From: Dipteris shenzhenensis
Taxonomy: Eukaryota
Assembly: GCA_047967505.1 (NCBI GenBank)
Contig: CM106538.1
DNA: 64,000 nt
Direction: 5' to 3' (one strand)
This document shows positions 35,477 through 47,754 of the stretch, in pieces. Made by a program: the position numbers and the translations under genes. Position 1 is the first letter of the stretch; each line of letters starts with the position of its first letter. The notes under the pieces are model-generated. The model saw nothing but the letters and a program-made list of their open reading frames with translations, made no database searches and was not told the origin of the DNA.

Positions 35477-38400
35477 TGTGGGGGTTAAAGGTCACTGTGC
35501 CTTTACCTCGGTTATGTACAATACTCAAACACATATATAAATGAATGAAAAATAAGATTAGGGTGGTTCTGCACCCACCAAAACTTGTGTGGCTCTCTGT
35601 CTCTCTCTCTCTCTCTCTCCTTCTTCCATTCTTACTTCCGTTGAGAGCACTCTCAACTGGTATCAGAGCCCGGGTGATTTAGCTGAGTGTGCGTGAATGC
35701 TTGGAAGCTCAGCAGCTCTGTGGGAAGAAGGAGAAGCTCTGTGGGAAGCTTTGTGGGTGACTTTACTTGCATCCAAGTGTGCAGAGACCTTGGAGGAACA
35801 TTTGGAAAAGTCACTTTGGTTTTGCGAAGTGGTTTTGAGAGCCTGTTAAGTGTTTTCAAAGAAAAAGTCGTTTTTTGAGCTTTTCCCTGTTCCGTTCGAT
35901 GACAGAGAGTCCATATTGACTTGTAGAGGCAACTATTGCTTGCTTTTGGTGTCCACTTCACTTTAGGAGCTTGGAAACACCTTCATTCTTGAATCTGGGA
36001 TCATTTCATTGGATTTTTGACTCACTGTGTCAGTTCTTGCGTTTTTTGCCTGGGCGTTGGAACTCAAGTTTGGAGCAACCATTTGCAGATCTGTCAGTTC
36101 TGGTGGACTCAGGAGGTCCTAAAACTTCTATGTTGCTCACTCCGGTGGAGTTTACAAATAGCTCTGTTTCCAAAAACGTTTTTCAGTCCGTGTGTTCGAC
36201 CCAATGATTGAGACCACGGTTTCCAAAACCATCTGTCCCATTGCGTTCCGGACGCTCAAAAACCCCTACCTGTCAGTTCTTGCATGATTCAGTAGAGGAT
36301 TTTCAGAGTTATAGATCTCTGTGTATTCAATTTTGTCTCTCTGTTATGCATTTTTCACTCTAAGGTTTTGAAACCTTAGATTTATGCCACATGGCAGTGG
36401 ATAAGTGTTGACTCCCATTTCTCACTCATCGGTTGGGATTTTGGAGTTCTGGCAAAAGAGAGATATTTGCAAATTTTCTTGCTAAGTCCGATTATGCAAT
36501 GGCGCCCATGTTTTGAGGCATCTCAGGTTCTATTTTCAGTAGCGGTCATTACCGTGGGACTATGATTTCTTGAGCATACCTTATGTAGATCACTCTGGTT
36601 ATAGTTTGAGCAGTGTGCGCTCATTTGTGGTGTGCATTAGGTTGCAGTCGATGATTTATAGGCCATTTGGATGCATTGCGGTCCTTATTGGATGCACTGA
36701 TAGGCCCAAATTACCTTATTTTTATGGACGCTTTGCACATGGATGCTATATTATGCTGAGGGACAGCTTTGACACATTGCAGGTGATGCACTGATAGTGT
36801 TATGCTCTCTTGGATGAGATATTATTGATGCATGTGCCCATGGATGGTGTTTATGCTTGAGCCATTTGGCACTTATTGGCATTTTGGATTGCCATTGTAG
36901 TTGGCATTTTCTTTTGGGCCAGATTTGCTCATATGGATGCATAGTATATGCACATGAGTGAGATGCATCTTTTAATGCTTTGAGATTTGAGTTTTGGTGA
37001 TATTTCACTCTATTGTGGCATACACATTTGAGTGCACCTGGTATTTGGTGTGATTCTCTCTTGCAGGCACTAGCATTTGGGATTTTGTTTCATTTGCATC
37101 ATGGCATCCTCTTCCATGTTTGAAAAGGAGTTTTTCAGCATTAAAAAGTTTGATGGGACAAACTGTGGAAAGAATAAATAAGGGATGTGCTTATTCAAAA
37201 GAAGCAGATTAAACCCTTGGCAGGGATTGAAGTTAAGGCTGTAAATATGTCTGAGGATGATTGGAATGAGTTGGATGCATTAGCAAAGTCTACTATTAGA
37301 CTTCATCTTGCAAAGTCAGTTTATTTCACAGTAGTAAATGAGCAGACTACGGAAGATTTGTGGAAGAAACTATGTGCCACTTATGAGAAGGAAACTGCCT
37401 CTAATAAAGTTTACCTCATGAAGAGGTTGTTTGAGCTGCAGATGAAGGAAGGGGTCTCCATTGCTTCTCACTTGAATGAATTCAATATTATTTTCAGCCA
37501 GCTTCAGGCTCAGAAGATGAATTTTGATGTGGAGACTAAGGCAATATTTCTCTTATGTTCATTGCCATCCTCATGGGATACCTTCCGTACAGCTGTCAGT
37601 AACTCTACACCTGATGGAGTACTGAAATTTGATAATGTTGTGGGTAGCTTGTTGGCCGAGGAGATCAGACGGAAGTCTATGGATGGCAACAAGCAGGATG
37701 CAGCCTTAAATGTGCAAAGGGGCAGATCACAGTTCAGGGGAAAGTCCCAAGAAAGAGGGAAGTCTCGTAGCAAATCCAGGGCACGGAACATTGAGTGTTA
37801 CCACTGTGGCAAGAAGGGCCATATGAAAAAGGATTGCTACAAGCTGAAAAGAGAGCAAAAGGATAAGAAAGAGAATGCAAATTGGGGTGCAAATCAAAAG
37901 GAAGAGAGTCCAAGGGAGGACAAAGGAAAAGTAAAGATTGAGGAGATCAATGCAGTCACACATGATAGCGACAATGACGTTCTCTTCATGTCTAGTTTAT
38001 CTGCAGAGTTGCTTACCACTTCAGATGATGCATATTCCCAGGATTGGATTTTGGATTCTGGTGCTTCATTCCATGTTACTCCCCATAGGGAATGGTTCTC
38101 CACTTATGACAGTGGAAAGACAGGTTGTGTGCATCTTGGAAATGACTATGCATGTGACATAGTGGGAGCAGGTGACATAAAGTTTTCTTTTGCAAATGGG
38201 TCTGCATTTTTTTTGAAACATGTGAGACATGTGCCTAAGCTAACCAAGAGTCTTATTTCAATGGGTCAGCTAGATGATGCTGGTTTTCACACCACTTTTG
38301 GCTTTCAGAGTTGGAAAATTCAGAAGGGCTTTATGCTTTTGGCCAGGGGTGCCAAGTGTGGGACTTTGTATCCCTTACATGTATCAGGGGTATTTGATCA

Positions 38401-41400
38401 TGTTGTTGCAATAACCGAGCAGCCAAGCACTTCTTTGTGGCATTGCAGGTTGGGGCACATGAGCCAGAATGGAATGAAACTCTTATGCTGTTTGGGTTAT
38501 GTACCGCATTTGAGTTTCTCTAATTTTGAATTTTGTGAGCATTGTCTCTATGGGAAGCACACTAAATCAGCCCATAAAAGAAGGGGAAAGAAAGAGTTTG
38601 AAAAGCTTGATTTGGTGCATTCAGACGTATGTGGTCCCATGCCTACACGGTCATTAGGCGACGGTCATTAGGCGGGGCTGAATACTATGTGACATTCATT
38701 GATGATGCAACTAGGAAAGTGTGGGCTTATGCTATAGCTCGAAAGAGTGATGTGTTCCAGGTATTTCAGAAATGGCTGGCCTTGGTTGAGAATCAGTTAG
38801 GTAGAACGCTTAAATGCCTATGGACTGACAATGGTGGAGAGTATCTCTCTCATGACTTTCAGCATTTCTATGATACACGTGGGATTAAGAGGGAGCTCAC
38901 ATCCCCTCGTACTCCAGAGCAAAATCCAGTTGCAGAAAAGATGAACCATACCATTCAAGAAAGGTTGCAATGCATGCTTTCTAATGCAAGTCTTTCTGGT
39001 GGTTCTTGGGCTGAGGCAATGAAGACTGCAGTGCATGTGATCAATAGATCACCTAGTAAGAGTTTGGATGGTGGTATTCCTGAAGAGGCATGGAGTGGCA
39101 AGAAGCCCTCTTACTCTCATTTGCGTATATTTGGGTGTGAGGCATATGCACATGTGCCAAAAGAGCTTCGAAAGAAGCTAGATCCTAAGTCTAGGAAATG
39201 CATCTTTCTGGGTTATGGTGAAAGTGGAGAGATGGGCTATCGTCTCTAGGATCCAGAAGCAAAGAAGATCATATGCAGCCATGATGTAGTCTTCAATGAG
39301 AAGAAGATGCATAAGGCACCCATGAGGGATGTGGAAATGAGGAAAATCACTTTCCAGGATGTGAATCCACATGCATATGTTGATAGACAGCAAGCTATCC
39401 ATGCACCAAATGTGCAAGAAATGGTACCACCAAGTACTCCCACAGGTATACAATCAAGGGTAGATGATGAATCATCTATTGGTGGAAATGATGAGCCAAA
39501 TGTGGCTGATATGCAAATGGGACAGCAAGATGAAATGCCCTTGAGAAGATCTTTTAGAGTGTCTAGACCGCCTGATAAGTTTGTTCCAGGGGTAGACTAT
39601 GTGATGCTTACTGATTGCGAGGAGCCTTCTTGCTACAAAGAGGCTATGATGCGCGAGGATCAACACAAGTGGGAGTATGCTATGCAATAAGAGATGAGTT
39701 CACTTATGAAGAATAAGACTTGGGACTTGGTTTCTTTGCCACATGGAAAGAAAGCATTGCCATGTAAATGGGTCTACAAAATGAAGGTCACAGGTGATGA
39801 TGTGCCTAGGTACAAGGCCCGTTTGGTTGCTAAAGGGTTCAAGCAAGAGAAAAGTGTGGACTTTGATGAGATATTCTCTGTAGTTGTGAAGATGACCACA
39901 CTTAGATGCATGCTTGGACTAGTGGCATCAGAGGATATGGAGCTTATGCAGATGGATGTCAAAACAACTTTCTTGCATGGGGATTTGCATGAGGAAATTT
40001 ACATGGTGCAGCCGGAAGGCTTTGAAGAAAAGGGCAAAGAGCATTTAGTTTGCAAGCTGAAGAAGAGTCTCTATGGTCTTAAGCAAGCACCTAGAGAATG
40101 GTATCAGAAGTTTGATGCTTTCATTCGGTCCCAGGGTTTTAGGAGGAGTGAAATTGATCACTGCCTCTACACTAAAAGAGCTAAGGATAATAGCCTGATA
40201 ATCTTGGCACTATATGTGGATGATATGCTATTGGCTAGCAAGAATACTTATGAGCTAGATGCATTAAAGGCCAAGTTGCATGAGGCCTTTGATATGAAGG
40301 ATTTGGGATTTGCAGGTCATATTCTTGGTATGCGCATCACACGTGATCGGAGTAGGAAACTCCTTTGGCTCTCACAAAAAGAGTATGTTACAAAAGTATT
40401 GCATTTTTTCAATATGGAGGGGGGGAAGGTAGTGAGTACTCCATTGCCTCCATATGTGAAACTGAGTCATACAGATAGTCCCAAATCAGATGAGGAAAGG
40501 GCCATGATGGCCAAGGTTCCTTATGCATCAGCAGTTGGGAGTCTTATGTATGCTATGATAGCTACTAGACCAGACATTGCATTTGCAGTGGGAGTTGTTA
40601 GCCGGTATATGGCTAATCCAGGAAAGAGGCATTGGGAGGCAGTTAAGTGCATCATGAGGTACATGAAGGGTACCAAGGAGATGTGCATCTGCTTTGGTAG
40701 AGGAGATATGCGTGTACTTGGGTACACAGATTCAGACTATGCAAGGCATGTGGATAGTAGGAGATCCACTTCTGGTTATGTGTTCACCTTTGCAGGTGGT
40801 GCAGTGTCGTGGATGTCTCGTGCACAGAAGTGCGTTGCTTTGTCTACCACAGAGGCTGAGTATGTTGCAGCCATAGAGGGTTGCAAGGAGGCTATATGGC
40901 TTGATCGGCTAGTGGGAGATTTGGGGATTCATACAGGTGTACCGACATTGCATAGTGATTCCATGAGTGCTATTCAGCTAGCACGGAATCCGGTCTTTCA
41001 TGCAAAGACCAAACACATTGAGTTCAGGTACCATTTCATCAGGGAGGTACTTGAGGACAAGCGCATAGAGCTTGTCAAGGTTCATACAGATGATAACCCT
41101 GCAGATATGCTGACGAAGAGTCTACCTAGTCAGCGGTTTGAGTATTGTCGTGTATTGATGGGCATTGGATAGTATGCTCACTGGTTGTTCTCCCTTAAAG
41201 GCACATTGTCCTGTAAGTGGGAGGTTGTGGGGGTTAAAGGTCACTGTGCCTTTACCCCGGTTATGTACAATACTCAAACACATATATAAATGAATGAAAA
41301 AGAAGATTAGGGTGGTTCTGCACCCACCAAAACTTGTGTGGCTCTATGTCTCTATCTCTCTCTCTCTCCTTCTTCCGTTCTTGCTTCCGTTGAGAGCACT

Positions 41401-41404
41401 CTCA
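35477..41404 (+). mobile_element. Ty1/copia LTR retrotransposon (copia-3, Tnt1/Tork-like protein), full length with TSD GAAAG
   Basis: 179-bp LTRs 35477-35655 and 41226-41404, PBS 35658-35669, PPT AAGTGGGAGG, TSD at 35472-35476 and 41405-41409. Confidence 0.98.
37101..41172 (+). pseudogene. copia-3 gag-pol; early frameshift, 14-bp tandem duplication (38647-38674), stops at 39247 and 39688
   Basis: ORFs 37187-38671, 38629-39249, 39307-39690 and 39694-41172 carry CYHCGKKGHMKKDC, WILDSGAS, HHCC, integrase core, YVDDM and ADMLTK. Confidence 0.95.
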
Positions 41405-42362
41405 GAAAGGGCTTCAATTTGGGCCATAGATTTGATGGACGATCCAAGGGAGGAGATGGGTGTAGAAGGCACTTCAATCTAGGCCATAGATTTTATGGAA
41501 GATCCAAGGGAGGAGATGGGTGTAGAAGGGGCTTCAATTTGGGCCATAGATTTGATGGACGATCCAAGGGAGGAGATGGGTGTAGAAGGTGCTTCAATCT
41601 AGGCCATAGATTTTATAGAAGATCCAAGGGAGGAGATGGGTGTAGAAGGGGCTTCAATTTGGCCATAGATTTGATGGAACATCCAAGGGAGGAGATGGGT
41701 ATAGAAGGGGCTTCAATCTAGGCCATAGATTTTATGGAAGATCCAAGGGAGGAGATGGGTGTAGAAGGGGCTTCAATTTGGCCATAGATTTGATGGAAGA
41801 TCGAAGGGAGGAGATGGGTGTAGAAGGTGCTTCAATCTAGGCCATAGATTTTATGGAAGGGAGGAGATGGGTGTAGAAAGGGCTTCAATTTGGCCATAGA
41901 TTTGGTGGACGATCCAAGGGAGGAGATAGGTGTAGAAGGCGCTTCAATCTAGGCCATAGATTTTATGAGAGATCCAAGGGAGGAGATGGGTGTGCTTCAA
42001 ATTGGGCCATAGATTTGATGGACGATCCAAGGGAGGAGATGGGTGTAGAAGGCGCTTCAATCTAGGCCATAGATTTTATGGAAGATGCAAGGGAGGAGAT
42101 GGGTGTAGAAAGGGCTTCAATTTGGGCCATAGATTTGATGGACAATCCAAGGGAGGAGATGGGTGTAGAAGGCGCTTCAATCTAGGCCATAGATTTTATG
42201 GAAGATTCGAGGGAGGAGATGGGTGTAGAAGGGGCTTCAATTTGGCCATAGATTTGATGGAAAATCCAAGGGAGGAGATAGGTGTAGAAGGTGCTTCAAT
42301 ATAGGCCATAGATTTTATGGAAGATCGAAGGGAGGAAATGGGTGTAGAAGGGGCTTCAATTT
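41405..42362. repeat. 60-bp minisatellite, ~16 copies with alternating A/B variants; continues at ~35390-35476 on the other side of copia-3
   Basis: Unit tgtagaagg.gcttcaat(ttg/cta)ggccatagattt(g/t)atgga.gatccaagggaggagatggg. Confidence 0.97.
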
Positions 42363-42364
42363 AA

Positions 42365-44300
42365 CATGTTCCTTTCAGTGAGTTTGGTCTGGGTCAAGAA
42401 ATATTTAAGGCTTTGATGGTTAGCCTTGACCGTGAAATCAGCCCCTACAAGATAATGCTTCCAAATGGTCATAGCATGAACAATGGCCAACAATTCCTTT
42501 TCCTAAATCTGCAAATGCTTTTCAGCATCTTGCAACCTCCTACTTTCGTAGGCTACCATATGCCCCTGCTGATGTAGAGCAGCTCCAATACAATCCGCAC
42601 ATGCATCGTAGTCTACATCAAACGGTGGATACGAATCGAGGATAAGAAGACTGGGCTCAGTGGTCAATTTCTCCTTAAGAGTGTTGAAAGTTTTTTTAAT
42701 GTACCCCTCATCTAAAAATAGTACTTTTCTTGGTCAAATCATGAATTGGCACTGTAATATCAACAAAATGTCAGATAAACCACCTTTAATAAGAACATAA
42801 CTCTAGAAGACTATGTACTTCATGCATGATTTTCAACTCGGTCCATTCCTATATAGCTTGGATCTTTGCAGGATCCATCTGCACAAATTATCTCTTTTTA
42901 GACCATTTACATAAGGCTTATGGTTTGCGAAGTTCCTAGAAAACTATGGCCATGCTCATCGATTGATTTAGACAACACAATAATATCATCAAAGAAAGTG
43001 TCTGGCCTGAAAATTCTATCCATCATCCTGTTAAAAGTGACTAATCATTAGTCAATCCAGAAGGCGTAACCAAAAATCCATATAACCCGAAAGTAGTACG
43101 GAAGGCCATTTTATATACATCTTGTGGATGTATTTGGATCTGATAATACCCGCTCTTGAGGTCAATCTTGCTAAAACTGTAACACCTCCCAAATATTCTA
43201 GAACATCATCAATACAAGGAATGGGAAACCTCTTCTTAAAGGTCATCTTATTCAACACACGATAATCTACACACATGTGGAAAGAGCCGTCCTATTTTTG
43301 AACCAACAAGACTAGGAAATAAAAGCGTGATAAGCTAGGCTGATCAGCCCCTTCAATAGAAGATCTTGCACTTGAGCCATTATTTTCTCCCTTTGCCATC
43401 CACTTACCATATAAGGAGGTCAAATGGGCGATGCACTCCCTAGAATAAGATCAATGGTATGATCTTCTAGCCTTTTAGGGGGTAGCTCACCTAGAAGAAT
43501 ATCTGAAAAGCAATCTCTAAAACTTTCAAGAAACTCAAAAATTATTTCTATCTAGGGAGCTCAATGGAGCATATATCTCATTCTCTACTTCTTTGACAAA
43601 AACCATATACGCAACAACTATAGATTTCAATAGAATGATCAGATACAACGGGAATGATTTTCCCCTCTGGTCTTTGCGACAATCCGATGTTTATTTCCCC
43701 TATGATAAAAAATAACTCTCTCTGAGGTATCATAAGCTGCACCTCCTTCCTGTGAAACTAGGGAATTCCAAGCACCATGTCATGATGCTTCAAGGGTGAA
43801 AAAAAAAAGTCCTTCTGGTCCACATAGTCTCGCACATGAATGTGAAGTTTCCCAATAAGAGGAGTAATTGGAACTGAATTTCTTCGAAACATTCTAATGC
43901 TTTTCCAAGCTCCTCCTCTTTCTTGATCCCGAGTCGTAGGACCAACTTCTCAGAAATAAAACTATCTGTAGCCCCTAGGTAAAAGAGAATCAAGGCATTC
44001 TGGGCTCTCACTTTGCCCTAGGAGAGGCAAAGTTCTCTGGCCTCCGGACCGGCCACTCTTTCCAAAACATCTAGGATACCTCCCTCCATAGGCTCTTGAT
44101 CTGAAAGCCTTTCGGGGCATTGGGCAGACAGATGCCCTTCTTTTCTGCATCAGAAAGATCTCCCTTCCTTCTCGAAGATCTCAATCTACTTAAGTGTAAA
44201 ACGAGCTCTTCCCTAATAGGGCCTCTGATTCTCATTCTAGTTTTGGGCCTGGTTTCCCCTCGGCTTCTAAGGTTGAAACACTTTCTTTTCAAATTGGGAT
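42365..44300 (-). mobile_element. Ty3/gypsy pol remnant (protease, RT, RNase H; integrase missing)
   Basis: [51 protein letters not shown]...EKELLAIVHA..IWKHYL. Confidence 0.9.
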
Positions 44301-45386
44301 CACTAGAGATCCTTCTGTTTTGACATATTTCTGCTCTTTTCTAGGCCATATTTCTCCTCCTCCTGATATGAAGGTGAGTCCTTCATATTCAGCATAAAAT
44401 GTGACTTTTGCTGAATGCAATGAATGCATTCTAACTCTCTAGACTAATCCTAGTCCTCTGTGTGCGTCCCCACCATTCAACTAAGTGAACACAATAAAAA
44501 TGATAGAAACTTTTCTAGGTAACAACAAAGTCAATACTCTTTGACCAAAGACAATAACCTTTCACTAAAGTCAAATTAAAATACTCTCTTTATTTTTGAA
44601 TATAAATGTGGCTTTGTGACATTGCATGTGCAGTCAACATGTGGCAGTAATACCACAATAACCACCAGAAGTCACAATCATATGATTCTTGACCATGGGA
44701 ACAAGGCTTGCTGAGCTCTACATAGAGTATGCACATTTCACAACTATGACATCTTTATACTTGTACCTCTTCTTTCTGTTGTGGGTGACATATGTGGCAA
44801 GTGGTAGTGCTTCCTTGACAAGGCCCTACTCTCGTGACTGGGATAGGATTTGCACACCTCAATTTCCTGCTCAGCCTTGGGTACATCAGACGCTTGCATC
44901 TGTGTTGAGCCAGTATCTCAATGTGACTGAGCCCAAAGTCTGCCCACATAGTCCCCCTAACTGTAGCAGAGTATCACAATTGCATCTGAATGTAAAGGAG
45001 GTGTACTGATGAGATTATGAGGTTGCATTTGATGCTAGCAAGAAGCTGCAGAAGAGGCCGGCTAATCATACACAAGGGCAGGCATTTTTTTGTGATGCAG
45101 TCCTTAAACTTCTGACTGCCCACTGTCGAGGGCCTTGCAAATTTGGGCAAGTGCTTCAGCCTACCCTAGTGGCGACGAGTTGGCCATGATCCCTTCATCC
45201 AATAATGGCAAACTTAACAACTTGTGAAAGAAATTCTGTTCAGATGGTTCACTAGAGAACAAATTCTTGACAACGGTCAATAAAGTTGCAATCCAAATCT
45301 CAATGATCGTGCTTATACTGCATGGAACCTTCACCACAGTTCTCTTTTATTTTCTACAAAGCCCTCATGGCATGGTTCCCTATTCA

Positions 45387-47576
45387 TCAGCCAACGTCAG
45401 CTTCAACACTCTCAAAAGTTGGTATGTGCCCTCCCAGTTTTGTTTGTGCATTCAACCATCTCAATTTTGTGTAGATGCCATCATTTTGTCGGTGGCTTTG
45501 GTCTCTTACAAAAAAATCATGCACCTTGTTGTCAACCTCAATAAAAGCCTTAGCTGGTTCCTTCCAAGCATTTGCAAAATTTCTCAGCTCTTGTATTTTT
45601 ACAGCATCTTCCCACATGTCAGCATCTAAGTATATTTTTGACATGTGCAAATATGCAAAAGCATATCCACCATCCATTTTGACAACCTGATTAAAGCAAC
45701 ATCTTCCCAATTGCACATCCCTATATCTCCTGCAATTACTTAGCAAAGACGTCCAGCCTATAATATTGGATTCAAATGGCATGAGAAGGAGCAAGTCTTC
45801 AGCTTCATTTAGATGGCCTGCACGGCCAAGAAGGTCAACTATGCAATTATAATGGTCAAGTTCTGGTACAATGCCATGGTCCACTCTCATGGCATTAAAG
45901 TACAAACAGCCTTTGTTAACAAAGCCCATATGACTGCATGCAGAGAGTACAGCAACATATGACACTTCATCTGGCTTCCAGCCTTCTTGTCGCATGTCTT
46001 CAAAATATTGTGAGGCTAATTTGTAATCGCCTTGTAAAGCATATCCTGCTACGACTGCGTTCCACGATGCTACATCATGTCTTGGTAATTTGCCAAAAAC
46101 TCCACATGCAAGATCAAGGCGCCCACATTTGGCATACATGTCAATTAGACTGTTGCCAACTATTACCTCGGACTCAATGCCACTTTCGATTATCTGCACA
46201 TGAATCAGCTTGCCCTGGTCTAGAGCTGCTAAGTCAGAACATGCCCCCAGGATGCTGACAAGCAAGACATTATCAGGCTTCTTGCCCTGTTGTTGCATTT
46301 GCTGGAACAGTCGCAAAGCCTCCTCAAACTGGCTGTTTTGTACATATCCTCCAATCACGGCACTCCAAGTCACCACATCACGATTTTGCAGTTTGTCAAA
46401 TATAGTGCGGGCATCCACAAGGTTCCCACATTTGGCATATATGTCGATAAGCGTGCTCCAAACAAATTCATCAGCATCAAATCCACTTTCAATAATGTGG
46501 CCATGAACCATTTTTCCCTGCTCTAGGGATGGGATGCTCGAGCATGCTTTCAATATGCTAGCAAATGTGATATTGTCTGGCTTGTTGCCCCTTTGTTGCA
46601 TTTCTTGAAAATGTTGGAGAGCTACTTGACCCTGCCCGTGCAGGGTATATCCAGATATCAATGCATTCCATGTCACCACGTCTTGATTTGGCAACTTTTC
46701 AAACACGTTGTGTGCATTCTCCAGGCTCCCACATTTTGCATACATGTCTATAATTGTGTTACCAATGCATAAATCAGACTCAAAGCCATGCTTGAGGACA
46801 TGAGCGTGAAAAAGCTTACCTTGATCTAGGCATCTGATGCTTGCACATGCTTTAAGGATGCTAACAAATGTAACAGCATTTGGTTCCACATCATCCTGTT
46901 GCATCTGGCAGAAGAGATCAATAGCCTTCTCACCAAAACCATGCTCCACATATCCTGCAATCATTGCACTCCAGGTCACCACGCTCCGCTTTGGCAATTT
47001 CTGGAACACCCTGCAAGCATACTCTAGGCTTCCACATTTGATGTACATACTGATCAGGGTGTTGCCAACAGGCACATCAAATTCCAACCCTCCTCCTATG
47101 ATGAGAGCATGAATCAGCTTCCCAGCATTGTGGTCAGCCGAAATGGAGCAAGCTTTGATGACAGCAACAAAAGCACAAGCATCTGGTAGAATATTTGACT
47201 GTTGCATCTTATGAAACAACATGATGGCCCGCTCACATTCCCCAAACTTGCAATGCGCTGTCACAATTGCACTCCATGCAAACACATTTGGTTCACGCAG
47301 TTTGCTGAAGACTTCCACTGCCTCAAACAAACTCCCACACGAAGCATACATGCGGATCAGGTGGCTTCCCAAGAAAACATTTGACTCGTATCCAATTCTA
47401 ATAACTAGGCCATGCAGTTGTCTACCTGCTGCCAGGTCTCTTTTGCTAATGCACCCCTGCAAGAGACAGTAAAAGAAATTGGTTGACAGAGCTATTGCTT
47501 GACGGTCCATTCCCTCCACAGCAGGAGGACCTTCTGCACATCGACCCTGCCTCGAGCAAACTCCCACGCGAAGCAT
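45387..47576 (-). CDS. PLS-class pentatricopeptide repeat protein with E/E+ extension and no DYW domain (putative organellar RNA-editing specificity factor), 729 aa
   Basis: Intronless open ORF with repeated P-L-S triplets (VVTWSAMIAGY / PNAVTFVSILKAC / GNTLISMYIKCG), HYNCIVDLLGRAG and an E+ tail FIEVDNKVHDFFVRDQSH. Confidence 0.95.
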   Translation of the reverse strand: MLRVGVCSRQGRCAEGPPAVEGMDRQAIALSTNFFYCLLQGCISKRDLAAGRQLHGLVIRIGYESNVFLGSHLIRMYASCGSLFEAVEVFSKLREPNVFAWSAIVTAHCKFGECERAIMLFHKMQQSNILPDACAFVAVIKACSISADHNAGKLIHALIIGGGLEFDVPVGNTLISMYIKCGSLEYACRVFQKLPKRSVVTWSAMIAGYVEHGFGEKAIDLFCQMQQDDVEPNAVTFVSILKACASIRCLDQGKLFHAHVLKHGFESDLCIGNTIIDMYAKCGSLENAHNVFEKLPNQDVVTWNALISGYTLHGQGQVALQHFQEMQQRGNKPDNITFASILKACSSIPSLEQGKMVHGHIIESGFDADEFVWSTLIDIYAKCGNLVDARTIFDKLQNRDVVTWSAVIGGYVQNSQFEEALRLFQQMQQQGKKPDNVLLVSILGACSDLAALDQGKLIHVQIIESGIESEVIVGNSLIDMYAKCGRLDLACGVFGKLPRHDVASWNAVVAGYALQGDYKLASQYFEDMRQEGWKPDEVSYVAVLSACSHMGFVNKGCLYFNAMRVDHGIVPELDHYNCIVDLLGRAGHLNEAEDLLLLMPFESNIIGWTSLLSNCRRYRDVQLGRCCFNQVVKMDGGYAFAYLHMSKIYLDADMWEDAVKIQELRNFANAWKEPAKAFIEVDNKVHDFFVRDQSHRQNDGIYTKLRWLNAQTKLGGHIPTFESVEADVG

Positions 47577-47754
47577 ACATGCGGATCAGGTGGCTTCCCA
47601 AGATACATTTGACTCGTATACAAATCTAATACTAGGCCAGTTGTCTACCTGCTGCCGGGTCTCTTTAGCTAATGCACCCCTGCAAGAGACAGTAAAAGAA
47701 ATTGGTTGACATTCCTTCCACAGCAGCTAAAGCTTCTGCACATCGACCCTGCTC
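47328..47754 (-). repeat. ~230-bp tandem duplication of the PPR 5' coding region; upstream copy decayed
   Basis: 47328-47552 is repeated at 47558-47754 with small deletions in the latter. Confidence 0.92.

Noticed and set aside
41405-42362. Possible CRISPR array, or genes from ORFs 41338-41721 and 41990-42304
   Set aside because: Units are contiguous with no unique spacers, no cas genes and a eukaryotic context; the ORFs are a by-product of the 60-bp period
44689-45386. DYW deaminase domain or second gene downstream of the PPR
   Set aside because: No HxE/CxxC motif found after the stop; the short ORFs have no recognisable features and this is probably 3' UTR
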